A model generated the notes under the pieces. The model saw only the letters and a program-made list of their open reading frames with translations, had not been told where the DNA came from and did not search any database. Of a stretch of DNA of 64,000 nucleotides, positions 48,555 through 57,620 are shown piece by piece. Made by a program: the position numbers and the translations under genes. Each line of letters starts with the position of its first letter. Position 1 is the first letter of the stretch. The stretch is from Rhodothermales bacterium (GTDB lineage: Bacteria > Bacteroidota > Rhodothermia > Rhodothermales > Bin80): contig CBDHCQ010000004.1 of the NCBI GenBank assembly GCA_965261255.1, forward strand, positions 3,507,710-3,571,709, read 5' to 3'.

Positions 48555-49646
48555 ATGAGGTACGCCAGTTTCCTTAGGGTAGTAATCTGCAAGTCTTCGC
48601 ATCTGTGCGGCGTGTGTCGCGCAGGTATGATGGTATTGTGGGTATTCCTGCTGGTGACTCAGACCGCATGGGCCCAGGAATTTGTTACCAATGTTTCCAA
48701 TAAAGGCACTGTAGCGGCTGCCTTCCTTGAAATCGGGGTCGGCGCACGCGCGGTGTCCATGGGGGGTACGTATGTGGCTGAGAGCGGCCGGATGGATATG
48801 ATTTACTGGAACCCGGCCGGACTTGCCCACCTGGAAGGACTGGGAGTTTCGTTTTCCCACACAGAGTGGCTCGCCGAAACCAATCATGAATTCTTCGCGC
48901 TGGCTAAAGAGTTGCCCTTCATTAGGAGTGTGGCCGCGGTCAGCATCGTTGCATTGTCTGTACCCGCGCAACCAATAAGGACCGTCTTGATGCCCGAGGG
49001 GACCGGTGAAACCTATGACGCGCAGGACTATGCGGTCAGTTTATCGGTGGCGACAAAACTGATTGACGAATTTTCCGTTGGCCTGACTACCAAATACATC
49101 AGTCAGCGCATCTGGACCGAGAGCGCGGGCCAGCTGGCTTTGGATGTGGGCGTCCATTACAAGACACCGCTGCCAGGCCTGTCACTCGGTGCCAGCATTT
49201 CCAATTTCGGGCCTGACATGCAGTTGTCTGGAAAAAACCTTACCAACATCGTTGATCCTGATGTTGTGAACCGCGGCATTGAGAATATTCCGGTCGAGTA
49301 CAAGACGGATGGATTTCCACTGCCTCAGATTTTCCGCTTTGGTACGTCGTACACCCGCCCGCTACCGGGTAGAGGCCAGGTGGTCGCAATGGCCAGCCTG
49401 ATGCACCCGACCGGGTCCACCGAAAGCATGAGCGTAGGACTGGAGTACGGGTTCAACAATCTGGTATTCTTCCGGGCCGGATATCAAAATCTTTTCGAAC
49501 GTGACGCCATTAGCAGTTTCACGCTGGGCGCCGGACTTCAGTATGTACTCCGCAGGAGGCATTCCTTCGCCTTTGACTACGCCTATGCTGACTGGACGAT
49601 TCTGCAGAAGGTACATCGACTTTCACTTTCCATGCAATTCAAGTAG
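48555..49646 (+). CDS. PorV/PorQ-family (UPF0164-like) outer-membrane beta-barrel
   Basis: GTVAAAFLEIGVGARAVSMG; IYWNPAGLA; GASISNFG; LPQIFRFG; FRAGY; DYAY...HRLSL. Confidence 0.85.
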   Translation: MRYASFLRVVICKSSHLCGVCRAGMMVLWVFLLVTQTAWAQEFVTNVSNKGTVAAAFLEIGVGARAVSMGGTYVAESGRMDMIYWNPAGLAHLEGLGVSFSHTEWLAETNHEFFALAKELPFIRSVAAVSIVALSVPAQPIRTVLMPEGTGETYDAQDYAVSLSVATKLIDEFSVGLTTKYISQRIWTESAGQLALDVGVHYKTPLPGLSLGASISNFGPDMQLSGKNLTNIVDPDVVNRGIENIPVEYKTDGFPLPQIFRFGTSYTRPLPGRGQVVAMASLMHPTGSTESMSVGLEYGFNNLVFFRAGYQNLFERDAISSFTLGAGLQYVLRRRHSFAFDYAYADWTILQKVHRLSLSMQFK

Positions 49647-49742
49647 CCTCGAGCCATGAGAGACATCTTTCGCGTGGCGGCAGGCCGCTGCATCTTTTGG
49701 GAGAATTCCCAATCATCTTCACACTAGTTAATTTCCGATACC

Positions 49743-52700
49743 ATGAAACACACAGCACTGTTTTCGATCTGCCTACTTGGCGCCTTACTGGCCCTGCAGC
49801 CCGCCGCGGCGCAGCAGGGGCCTGCCGGGAAACAGCAATCCCTGTACGCGCTTTACGGCCCCAATTATGAGGAAGTCATCGCCAAGTTTGCGGACGACCC
49901 GGTGCGCTTGCAGGAGATGGCGCGTCTGTACCAAGCCTCCCTTCAGGCCGAGCCGTTCTACTTCAAAGCCGCACAGGATGATGACTATATCGTGCGGCAG
50001 GAAATGGAGCCCAACGACTACTTCGATACCGCCGACAACATCAACGATGTATTGATGACCCCAGGCTGGCGTGGAGACGGAGAGTTTATGGGTGGACTGA
50101 TCGGTGCCTCGTTTACTGCGGGGGACTACGATGTCTTTACTTTCACCGTGGATACGACCAAGATGTACTATTTCGCGGGGACGCACTCATTCCCCGGGAC
50201 GGTCAACACCGATGACGACGAGCCCAAGGTCAGCATGCGCCTGTTTCATGAGTCGGACTTGGATACGACCTTCGTGACCGATTTCAATGGCCTTGATGGT
50301 AACGACCAGATTCGAGGAGATATCCTGGGAGAGAGGACGGACCACCGTGCCAATTCGGGAGACTTTCGGCTTACCGGCTGGGTGTCACCGATTGATCCGG
50401 CAACCAATGCGCAGCTGACCGGCGACTTCTATCTCTTCCTGTTCAACGGCGAGACCGGCGGGTCACCGGAACCAATTAATCCCGGTGACCAAACTGGAAC
50501 GTACCATTTTTCCGCCTATACCGTGGATATGGAGCCCTGGGTCAGCAAGTATGAACCGAACCAGACGTTCCAGGAAGCCCTCACGAATCCGATGTCCATG
50601 CTGCCAATAGATGCTGTTGTTCGCACATTCATGGGTTTCAATCCGGATACAGTGAAAATTGTCAAGCCCTCTGATTCCTACTCGGACATCATTCCGACGC
50701 AGGGTAACAGCGTGTATCCGCAGCTGTTGGCGCAGGGGGATGAGGATGTGGACCATTTCCAAATTAATGGACTGAAGGCCGGCCATACGCTAGTAGTGGA
50801 AACTCTTCCGTTCTTCGGGTACTACCGCGACACGGACGGGAGCATAGGGCCGGGCAATACACGCTGGACAGACACGCGATGCCGCCTGTACGACGCCGAC
50901 TACACTGCCATTCTCGAGGAAGATGATGATGCCGGTCGGGAAATCCAAACTACGTCCGGGCAACCCAACAATATCCACTGCCGGCTCACCTATGACATTC
51001 AGGAAGCTGACGAGGGGGCCCCTCTATGGCTGTGGGTCTCGGCCTGGGCTTCAGCCACGCGCAGCCCGACCCAGGGCGTGGATAACCGGGATCCGGGTCG
51101 GTTCATGTATGATATATATGTTCATCAATACCCGTCTGAACCCACTGAAGTTGAGCCGAACAACACGGTGGCCGAAGCGATGTCCGTCGGTACACGGGCT
51201 GACACCGTCCTGACGGGATCATTTAATTCGGCGTCGGACATGGACCATTACCGCGTGTTCCTGCATGCGCAGCGTATGTACACCATGTTCAGCACTAACT
51301 CCACGGTGTCCGCAGACATACAGGTGGAACTGTTCCGGGAGGATGAGTCCGACAACATGGGCGGCACGGAGGTCACTGCCAACCTACTCACCGATCCGGT
51401 GGCGGGGAACGCCGGCAACAACGACTTTCTCCTTGCGTCCTATGTGCCCCCGGTTTCAGGCGCCTACATCCTGAAGCTCAGTGCCGGATCGGCTGGCAGC
51501 TATCAGTTGGGACTGGTTGACAAAGGTCCCATCTTCCAGGGACTCGTCTCCAACGAACCGGATAACGAATTGGTGGAGGCGGTCGGAAGGGATGCCCTTG
51601 AAGTAGGGCCAGGCGCGGCCTCCCGCACAGCTATGATCTGGCCGGCCGGGGATGTGGACCTGCATCACTTTACCGTGGACTCTGGGTTTGATCTGAACCT
51701 GTCCATCAGCGGCAGCCAGAGTATCGTCAATGATTCGCCGTTCATCATGACGCTCCTCGGACCGAACGGGGATGTCCTCGGGATAAGCCTGGAAGGGATT
51801 GCTCTCACTGCGCCGCAGTCTGGTATGTATGTGCTTGGCGTAAACGGCGTCACAGATACCGATGTGGGGTTCTACACGCTGGCTGGCGGGGTTCCGTTTG
51901 AAGAGTCTGAGGACAACAACACATTTGAAACCGCCGACCTGATCGCAATCGGTAATCCCTATGAGGCCTCGCTCAGCAGCGGAGACGTAGACTTCTTCAA
52001 GGTCACGCTGGAGGCGGGCAAACTCTATTCGTTCCGTTCGACAGACAATGAAACGGGTGGCGCCTTAGGGGTCGGTTTTTTCGACGAAATTAACGGAGAC
52101 TCCCTCCTGGACGACTCGGGCTGGCCCACTAACTATAGCGGTGACAACTTCAAGATCGCCAATATCATCCCCCGTGAGACCAAGACGTACTACTTGAGTA
52201 TTTCCGGCAACCCGGGACCCTATAAACTGACTTCCAGGGTTAATCCGGACTACAACGCTCTCAGTCGCAAAGGGGAGCCGAACGACTCAAAGTCGGAGGC
52301 CGATGCCATGGGAAACTACCAGGCGTTCGGGGCCGATCAGATGTTCGTTTTGTCCAACGAGGCGCACCCCAGGTTCTTCGGAGACGAAGACTGGTTCCGG
52401 GTGGAGATGGCCGCCGGCCAGACGGTTACGGCTGAAACCAAGCCGGTCGGCGGAGACGATTGGAGCCGGGACACCGACACACGCCTGGTCATCCTGGATG
52501 CCAATGGCACCGATGAACTGGTTAATGATGATGATGGCGGCGCCGACTGGTATTCAAAGGCGAGCCATACGGCGACGGTGGATGGTCCGGTCTATGTGGT
52601 GGTCCGCACCAGCAGAACTCCTGCGAGTGCCGACGACCGTTCGTCCAACCGGGGCGACTACATCCTCAACATTGATGTATCGTCCACCGAAATCGAGCCG

Positions 52701-53846
52701 AACAATACGCCAGCCGAAGCGGCGGGGAATGTGCTGCCTGCCGGGTTCAAAGAGGCCGAATTCACAACGGATGATACCGTAGACATTTTCCGGCTCTCTC
52801 TGATGGCGGACCACATTTATCATGTCCGTACCATCAAGCCCGATGGCGGGTATGCCGGGGAATTCACCGCGGCTTTGTCCAGCGCGGCCAACCCTCTGGA
52901 AAACCTGCTCAGCGCATCCAATACCGGGTACAACACCCGTTATTCCGGCGGTAATGTGAAGCTGAACATCATTCCCGAAACGACCGGGGATTACTTCCTG
53001 GCGCTGGTGAGCGATGGCACGGCGGGAGCATACCGCTTGGGTCTGAAAGGGCGTGATATCAGCCAGCTAAAAGAAAAGGGCGAACCCAACAATTCCATTG
53101 CAGAAGCTGATGCCATGGGTGCGATGTCGTTCGACGAGCCCGGCCAGGTAAATACCTACATGCTCTACAACGCGGACTTTGCGTGGGACCCTTCAACGGA
53201 CCATCTTACCGCCCGCTGGGGACAGGACCTGGATTTCTACCGTTATGATCTTGTGGAGGGCGATACGCTGATTGCCGAGAGTTCACCGGTTGACGGACCG
53301 TTGTGGCCACGAGACTACGATGGCTTCATGGAGCTCTATGCAGCGGATGGGACGCAGATTGATGATAACGACGACGGCGGATTCGACTGGCATTCACGCA
53401 TAGAATTCATTGCCACCTCGGATACCACTGTCTATGTGATGCTTCGGTCCCAGGACCATAACGAAGGAGCCAATGGCGGCGGCACCGACCGTGATCCAGC
53501 ACGCGGTGAATACAACCTGACCGTGCTGAAGCAGGATGGTACGCCGATAGTCATCACGAATCTGGAATCCGCTGAGGTGCCGGACGGATTTGTGCTGGAG
53601 CCGAATTATCCGAATCCGTTCAACCCGACGACCACTATCAACTACGCCCTGCCCGAGACAGGCAACGTCACCGTGACGGTTCTTGACCTTCTGGGGCGTC
53701 GCGTGGCAGTACTAGTGGATGAGCAGCAGGCTAAAGGACGCTACTCCGTCAGGTTTGATGCATCGCATCTGGCTTCCGGAATCTACTTCTATCAGCTGAG
53801 AGCGGAGGGCTTCGTGCAGACCCGCAAAATGATGCTGATCAAGTAA
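49743..53846 (+). CDS. T9SS-secreted protein built of eight EPN[DN]/PPC-like repeat modules
   Basis: Signal peptide; module starts EPND, EPNQ, EPNN, EPDN, EDNN, EPND, EPNN and EPNN, each followed by D.D.[YF]; canonical CTD NYPNPFNPTT...DLLGRRV...LASGIYFY...TRKMMLIK. Confidence 0.85.
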   Translation: MKHTALFSICLLGALLALQPAAAQQGPAGKQQSLYALYGPNYEEVIAKFADDPVRLQEMARLYQASLQAEPFYFKAAQDDDYIVRQEMEPNDYFDTADNINDVLMTPGWRGDGEFMGGLIGASFTAGDYDVFTFTVDTTKMYYFAGTHSFPGTVNTDDDEPKVSMRLFHESDLDTTFVTDFNGLDGNDQIRGDILGERTDHRANSGDFRLTGWVSPIDPATNAQLTGDFYLFLFNGETGGSPEPINPGDQTGTYHFSAYTVDMEPWVSKYEPNQTFQEALTNPMSMLPIDAVVRTFMGFNPDTVKIVKPSDSYSDIIPTQGNSVYPQLLAQGDEDVDHFQINGLKAGHTLVVETLPFFGYYRDTDGSIGPGNTRWTDTRCRLYDADYTAILEEDDDAGREIQTTSGQPNNIHCRLTYDIQEADEGAPLWLWVSAWASATRSPTQGVDNRDPGRFMYDIYVHQYPSEPTEVEPNNTVAEAMSVGTRADTVLTGSFNSASDMDHYRVFLHAQRMYTMFSTNSTVSADIQVELFREDESDNMGGTEVTANLLTDPVAGNAGNNDFLLASYVPPVSGAYILKLSAGSAGSYQLGLVDKGPIFQGLVSNEPDNELVEAVGRDALEVGPGAASRTAMIWPAGDVDLHHFTVDSGFDLNLSISGSQSIVNDSPFIMTLLGPNGDVLGISLEGIALTAPQSGMYVLGVNGVTDTDVGFYTLAGGVPFEESEDNNTFETADLIAIGNPYEASLSSGDVDFFKVTLEAGKLYSFRSTDNETGGALGVGFFDEINGDSLLDDSGWPTNYSGDNFKIANIIPRETKTYYLSISGNPGPYKLTSRVNPDYNALSRKGEPNDSKSEADAMGNYQAFGADQMFVLSNEAHPRFFGDEDWFRVEMAAGQTVTAETKPVGGDDWSRDTDTRLVILDANGTDELVNDDDGGADWYSKASHTATVDGPVYVVVRTSRTPASADDRSSNRGDYILNIDVSSTEIEPNNTPAEAAGNVLPAGFKEAEFTTDDTVDIFRLSLMADHIYHVRTIKPDGGYAGEFTAALSSAANPLENLLSASNTGYNTRYSGGNVKLNIIPETTGDYFLALVSDGTAGAYRLGLKGRDISQLKEKGEPNNSIAEADAMGAMSFDEPGQVNTYMLYNADFAWDPSTDHLTARWGQDLDFYRYDLVEGDTLIAESSPVDGPLWPRDYDGFMELYAADGTQIDDNDDGGFDWHSRIEFIATSDTTVYVMLRSQDHNEGANGGGTDRDPARGEYNLTVLKQDGTPIVITNLESAEVPDGFVLEPNYPNPFNPTTTINYALPETGNVTVTVLDLLGRRVAVLVDEQQAKGRYSVRFDASHLASGIYFYQLRAEGFVQTRKMMLIK

Positions 53847-53875
53847 CCCTCGGTACATCTGATCTTGCAGGTCGT

Positions 53876-53913
53876 ACAAGGGGAGTCGGTCGCTCCGGCT
53901 CCCCTTGTCTTTT
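53876..53913 (+). terminator. Strong hairpin with short U tract (leaky terminator or mRNA stabiliser)
   Basis: ACAAGGGGAGTCGG-TCGCT-CCGGCTCCCCTTGT followed by CTTTT, 30 bp after the stop of the repeat protein. Confidence 0.7.
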
Positions 53914-53915
53914 CC

Positions 53916-55439
53916 ATGCGCAACCCCGCTGTCCTTCTTTTAGTACTGATCGCCGCGTGTTCGTCACTCCCGGAAACGGATGAAGCGGTGCTGGCCACGG
54001 TGAACGGCGAGGTCATCACAGCGCAAGAATTCCGACTCAATTATGAGTTTGGCCACGGCCATTTGCGTCAAGGGAATACCCCTCGGGAAGACTACTTGCG
54101 CTTTCTGATCCTTGAACAGGTGATGGCCTACGAGGCGCAGCAAATGCGGCTGGATACGTCGGCTGCGGTGATCCATGCCATGCACACGCTGCGCGAGGAG
54201 CTTCTCATTGAGCGGGTCTTTGAAGAGCATGTGCTCGCGGACATTGAGGTTACACAGGTGGAAATCGCTGCGGCAATCAACGAAAATGCCGTGCGCTTCC
54301 AGTTCCGATTTTTGCCCGCCCGCTCCCGCGCCGAGGCAATGCGGCTGCAGGGGCTGATCAAATCGCAAGGCTTTGAGGCTGCCCGGGATGCCCTTGAAGA
54401 GGAATTCAGCGACATGGACCTTGAGCTTGGCGAACTTGAATCACCGGCGCTGTCATCTGATGAAATTGAGCCCGAGGTTCTATCCGTACTGCGGGATCTG
54501 CCGTTGAATGCCGTATCAGATCCTGTAGAGTATCGTGGCGCGTGGTACCTCTTTCAAGTGACCAATATTCAGAGGGAGCTTCTCTCGCCGGATGACTATG
54601 CGATGCGGGCACCATCGTACCGTAAGGTCGTCTACAATCGCAAAGCCATGGAAAATGCGACCCTGTTCGTCCACAGTCTCATGGAGCCGATGAATGTGGT
54701 AACCCGGCGAGAAGGGTTCAGTCTGCTTAGTGACGCACTGTGGACTTGGTACGGCCAGGAAACTCCCGTACGCAACCTGTTGCATTACCTGGAATCACAG
54801 CAGGTGGACCCGATGATTGCCCGCAGACTTAAGGACGGATTCGCCGTTCCGCTGGTGGCGTTTGATGACCGGGAGTGGACCATTCGTACGTTTCTGGAGC
54901 ACTTCACGCCCGGACGCTATACGCTGCGCGCAAGAGACCGCGAGGAATTTGATCAGCGGCTGGCGAACATAGTTGCGCTGGTTGTACGCGACCATGTCCT
55001 GCTTTCGATGGCGAACAGAGAGCGACTGGATAGGAACGAGGCCTTCCAGCGGACATCCGCGCTCTGGAAGCACAAATGGCTGTTTCAGGAGCTACGTCGC
55101 ATGGTAGTGGATTCCGCCTCGGTGACCGATACGGAAACCGCGGCATATTATGCCCGGAAAAACACGGTCATGGGCGGACGATTGCGCCCCTTTGATTCGC
55201 TTGATTCCCTCGATCATGGTCGTATCCGCCTACAAATGATGCGGGAGAGGCTCTTGACGTTTGCAGACAGTCTAGCTGAATTGGCAAGCATCTCGATCAA
55301 CTATGCCATTCTGGATACGATTCGTTTCTCTCAATCGGCAGTTAATCCGACCATGACCGTACATCTGCTCAAGAGCAACTCTAACAAGATGCCGTTTCCA
55401 ATCGCAGATCCAAACTGGAGGATTCCGGCTAAACAATAA
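53916..55439 (+). CDS. SurA/PrsA-like foldase lipoprotein (degenerate parvulin fold)
   Basis: Lipobox IAAC; VLATVNGEVITAQEF; LPLNAVSDPVE...WYLF; two SurA-N-like helical units. Confidence 0.7.
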   Translation: MRNPAVLLLVLIAACSSLPETDEAVLATVNGEVITAQEFRLNYEFGHGHLRQGNTPREDYLRFLILEQVMAYEAQQMRLDTSAAVIHAMHTLREELLIERVFEEHVLADIEVTQVEIAAAINENAVRFQFRFLPARSRAEAMRLQGLIKSQGFEAARDALEEEFSDMDLELGELESPALSSDEIEPEVLSVLRDLPLNAVSDPVEYRGAWYLFQVTNIQRELLSPDDYAMRAPSYRKVVYNRKAMENATLFVHSLMEPMNVVTRREGFSLLSDALWTWYGQETPVRNLLHYLESQQVDPMIARRLKDGFAVPLVAFDDREWTIRTFLEHFTPGRYTLRARDREEFDQRLANIVALVVRDHVLLSMANRERLDRNEAFQRTSALWKHKWLFQELRRMVVDSASVTDTETAAYYARKNTVMGGRLRPFDSLDSLDHGRIRLQMMRERLLTFADSLAELASISINYAILDTIRFSQSAVNPTMTVHLLKSNSNKMPFPIADPNWRIPAKQ

Positions 55440-56199
55440 TAAACTGTAGTCCTATGTCCTCCAGAGCACTTTTTGTCTCACCGGGGACTCCTCCATCAGT
55501 GATGACTATGTCCACCTCCCGTACATCGCATACGCGGGTTAGTCCGCGCCGCCCGAATTTTGTCGAATCCATAACCACAACCTTAGTACGCGCCGACAGG
55601 ATCATTGCCTGGCTCAGATGGGCTTCAAGGACATTGGTGGTTGTAATTCCGTGCTCAATGTCAAAGCCATCCCCGGCTAGGAACAGGTAGTCGAAGGTGA
55701 GCTTCCTGAGCATATTCTCAGCCTCCGGCCCAACAGTGGCCCCCGTAGTGGAGTGCAGAATTCCGCCAAGGGCCAAGATCTCCACATCAAGATTGTTCAG
55801 CAGCTCCACGGCTACAAATAAGGCGTTGGTGGCAATGGTGAGATTTTTCCGGCCTCTCATATGGCGGGCCACTTGTACCGTTGTGCTACCTGCATTCATC
55901 ACCAGCGTTTGGCCGTCCTGTACCAACTCCGCCGCCTGTTGACCAATACGTCTTTTTTCCTCAACGCGCACACGAGATTTTTCGTCAAAGGGAAGGTCAT
56001 ACAGATAATGATCCATCAGCACGGCCCCGCCGTGCGTACGAACCAGCAGCTTCCGATCATCCAATACTTGGAGATCCTTGCGGATAGTGACCTCAGAAAC
56101 GTCCAGTTCGCTGCTGAGCTTGGACACAGTGGCGTGCCCGTGCACCTTCAGAACGTCAATAATGTGTTTCTGGCGCTGCGCCGCGCTAATTGTGGGCAT
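55429..56199 (-). CDS. DeoR/GlpR/AgaR-family transcriptional regulator
   Basis: RQKHI; VSEVTIRKDL..L; RTHGGA; EKRRIG..AA; NAGSTT; TN; DSTKFGR; ITD; likely start 56199. Confidence 0.93.
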   Translation of the reverse strand: MPTISAAQRQKHIIDVLKVHGHATVSKLSSELDVSEVTIRKDLQVLDDRKLLVRTHGGAVLMDHYLYDLPFDEKSRVRVEEKRRIGQQAAELVQDGQTLVMNAGSTTVQVARHMRGRKNLTIATNALFVAVELLNNLDVEILALGGILHSTTGATVGPEAENMLRKLTFDYLFLAGDGFDIEHGITTTNVLEAHLSQAMILSARTKVVVMDSTKFGRRGLTRVCDVREVDIVITDGGVPGETKSALEDIGLQFIIV

Positions 56200-56268
56200 A
56201 CGAACAGGATCATTAATTGTCGCAAAGTAATGCATTCCAGCCCAATTTGCACAAAAGTTACATATGGG

Positions 56269-56347
56269 ATTTCACATTGTTTCGAAACCTTGACCAATCG
56301 CAATGAAATGTGTATTATTGGAAAGACATTCCGCAAGCCAATGCAAT
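56269..56347 (+). promoter_or_regulatory. sigma70-type promoter of phnW with overlapping operator-like pentamers
   Basis: TTGACC (56290-56295)-N17-TATTAT (56313-56318) with extended TG; ATTTC/GTTTC at 56269/56279; inverted copies GAAAC 56284, GAAAG 56321, GCAAG/GCAAT 56333/56343. Confidence 0.7.
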
Positions 56348-56352
56348 CGTGA

Positions 56353-57486
56353 ATGAGAACTGCAACCGAGATCCCTAACAAGATTCTGTTTACACCAGGG
56401 CCCCTGTCCACGGCCATGTCCACCAAAAAGGCCATGCTCCGGGATTTGGGGTCACGCGATTCGGCTTTTCTTGATATAGTGCAACAGATTCGCACGAAGC
56501 TGCTGGACATTGCCGGCGTGTCGCAATCCGGTGGGTTTGAGGCGATCCTGATGCAGGGCAGCGGCACCTTTGGGGTCGAGAGTGTTATCTCATCTGCCAT
56601 GCCGCGGAATGGCCGGCTGCTAGTTGCCATTAACGGTGCTTACGGAAGACGCATAGCACACATCGCACGTGTTTTGGATATTTCCGTAGCAGAACTGCAG
56701 GTTGCCGAGAACAGACCGATCAATTCTGCAGATGTGGAAGCCGCGATCCAGAAGCACCCGGAGGTGGACTGTGTCGCCGTAGTGCACTGCGAGACTACTA
56801 CAGGTCTGGTGAATCCGGTAGCTGACATCGGAAAAGTTGTAGCTGAGACAGGGAAAATGTTTGTGGTGGATGCCATGAGCAGCTTCGGCGTGCTGCCGCT
56901 TGACCTGGAGGCCGCCGGGGTTGACTACCTGATCACTTCGGCTAACAAATGCTTTGAAGGCGTCCCCGGATTTGCCGTGATTATCGCCCGAACCACGGCC
57001 CTGCTGGAGGCCAAAGGCCGGGCGCGGAGCGTTTGCCTTGACATTTTTTCCCAGTGGGAGGGACTGGAATCCTCGGGCCAATTCCGCTTTACGCCTCCCA
57101 CACACGCTATATTGGCCTTTGAACATGCGCTTGAAGCCTTTGAGCAGGAGGGGGGCGTGCCCGGCCGGAGAGCCCGCTACGAAGCCAACCGGCGAAGGCT
57201 GATGCATGGCATGACGCGACTCGGCTTCCAGCCATATCTGGAACCGAGCCACCAGAGTTGCATCATTACGACATTCATGTACCCAAGCCACCCTCGGTTT
57301 TCCTTTGAATCGCTCTACAATCTGCTTAATGACAGAGGATTCGTGATATATCCGGGCAAGCTGACTCATTCGGACTGTTTCCGTATTGGCACTGTAGGTC
57401 AGGTATTCCCGCAGGATGTGGACAATCTGCTTGTAGCCATTGCAGAAACGCTGGAAGAGATGGGCGTGGACATGGGGGACTGCTGA
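56353..57486 (+). CDS. phnW: 2-aminoethylphosphonate--pyruvate transaminase
   Basis: LFTPGP; QGSGTF; NGAYG; HCETTTG; DAMSSFG; SANKCFEGVPG; RFTPPTH; IYPGK. Confidence 0.95.
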   Translation: MRTATEIPNKILFTPGPLSTAMSTKKAMLRDLGSRDSAFLDIVQQIRTKLLDIAGVSQSGGFEAILMQGSGTFGVESVISSAMPRNGRLLVAINGAYGRRIAHIARVLDISVAELQVAENRPINSADVEAAIQKHPEVDCVAVVHCETTTGLVNPVADIGKVVAETGKMFVVDAMSSFGVLPLDLEAAGVDYLITSANKCFEGVPGFAVIIARTTALLEAKGRARSVCLDIFSQWEGLESSGQFRFTPPTHAILAFEHALEAFEQEGGVPGRRARYEANRRRLMHGMTRLGFQPYLEPSHQSCIITTFMYPSHPRFSFESLYNLLNDRGFVIYPGKLTHSDCFRIGTVGQVFPQDVDNLLVAIAETLEEMGVDMGDC

Positions 57487-57620
57487 ATCCAAGCCTGCAT
57501 GCATCTGACCTTAAATCCCCTCACAGCCTATCTGCCTCCCGATGGCACTGTCCTGCGGATGTGGAACATCACAGACTTGAGGCCAACCCCCCAAGTCTGT
57601 TGGGCATCATACCAGGAAAC

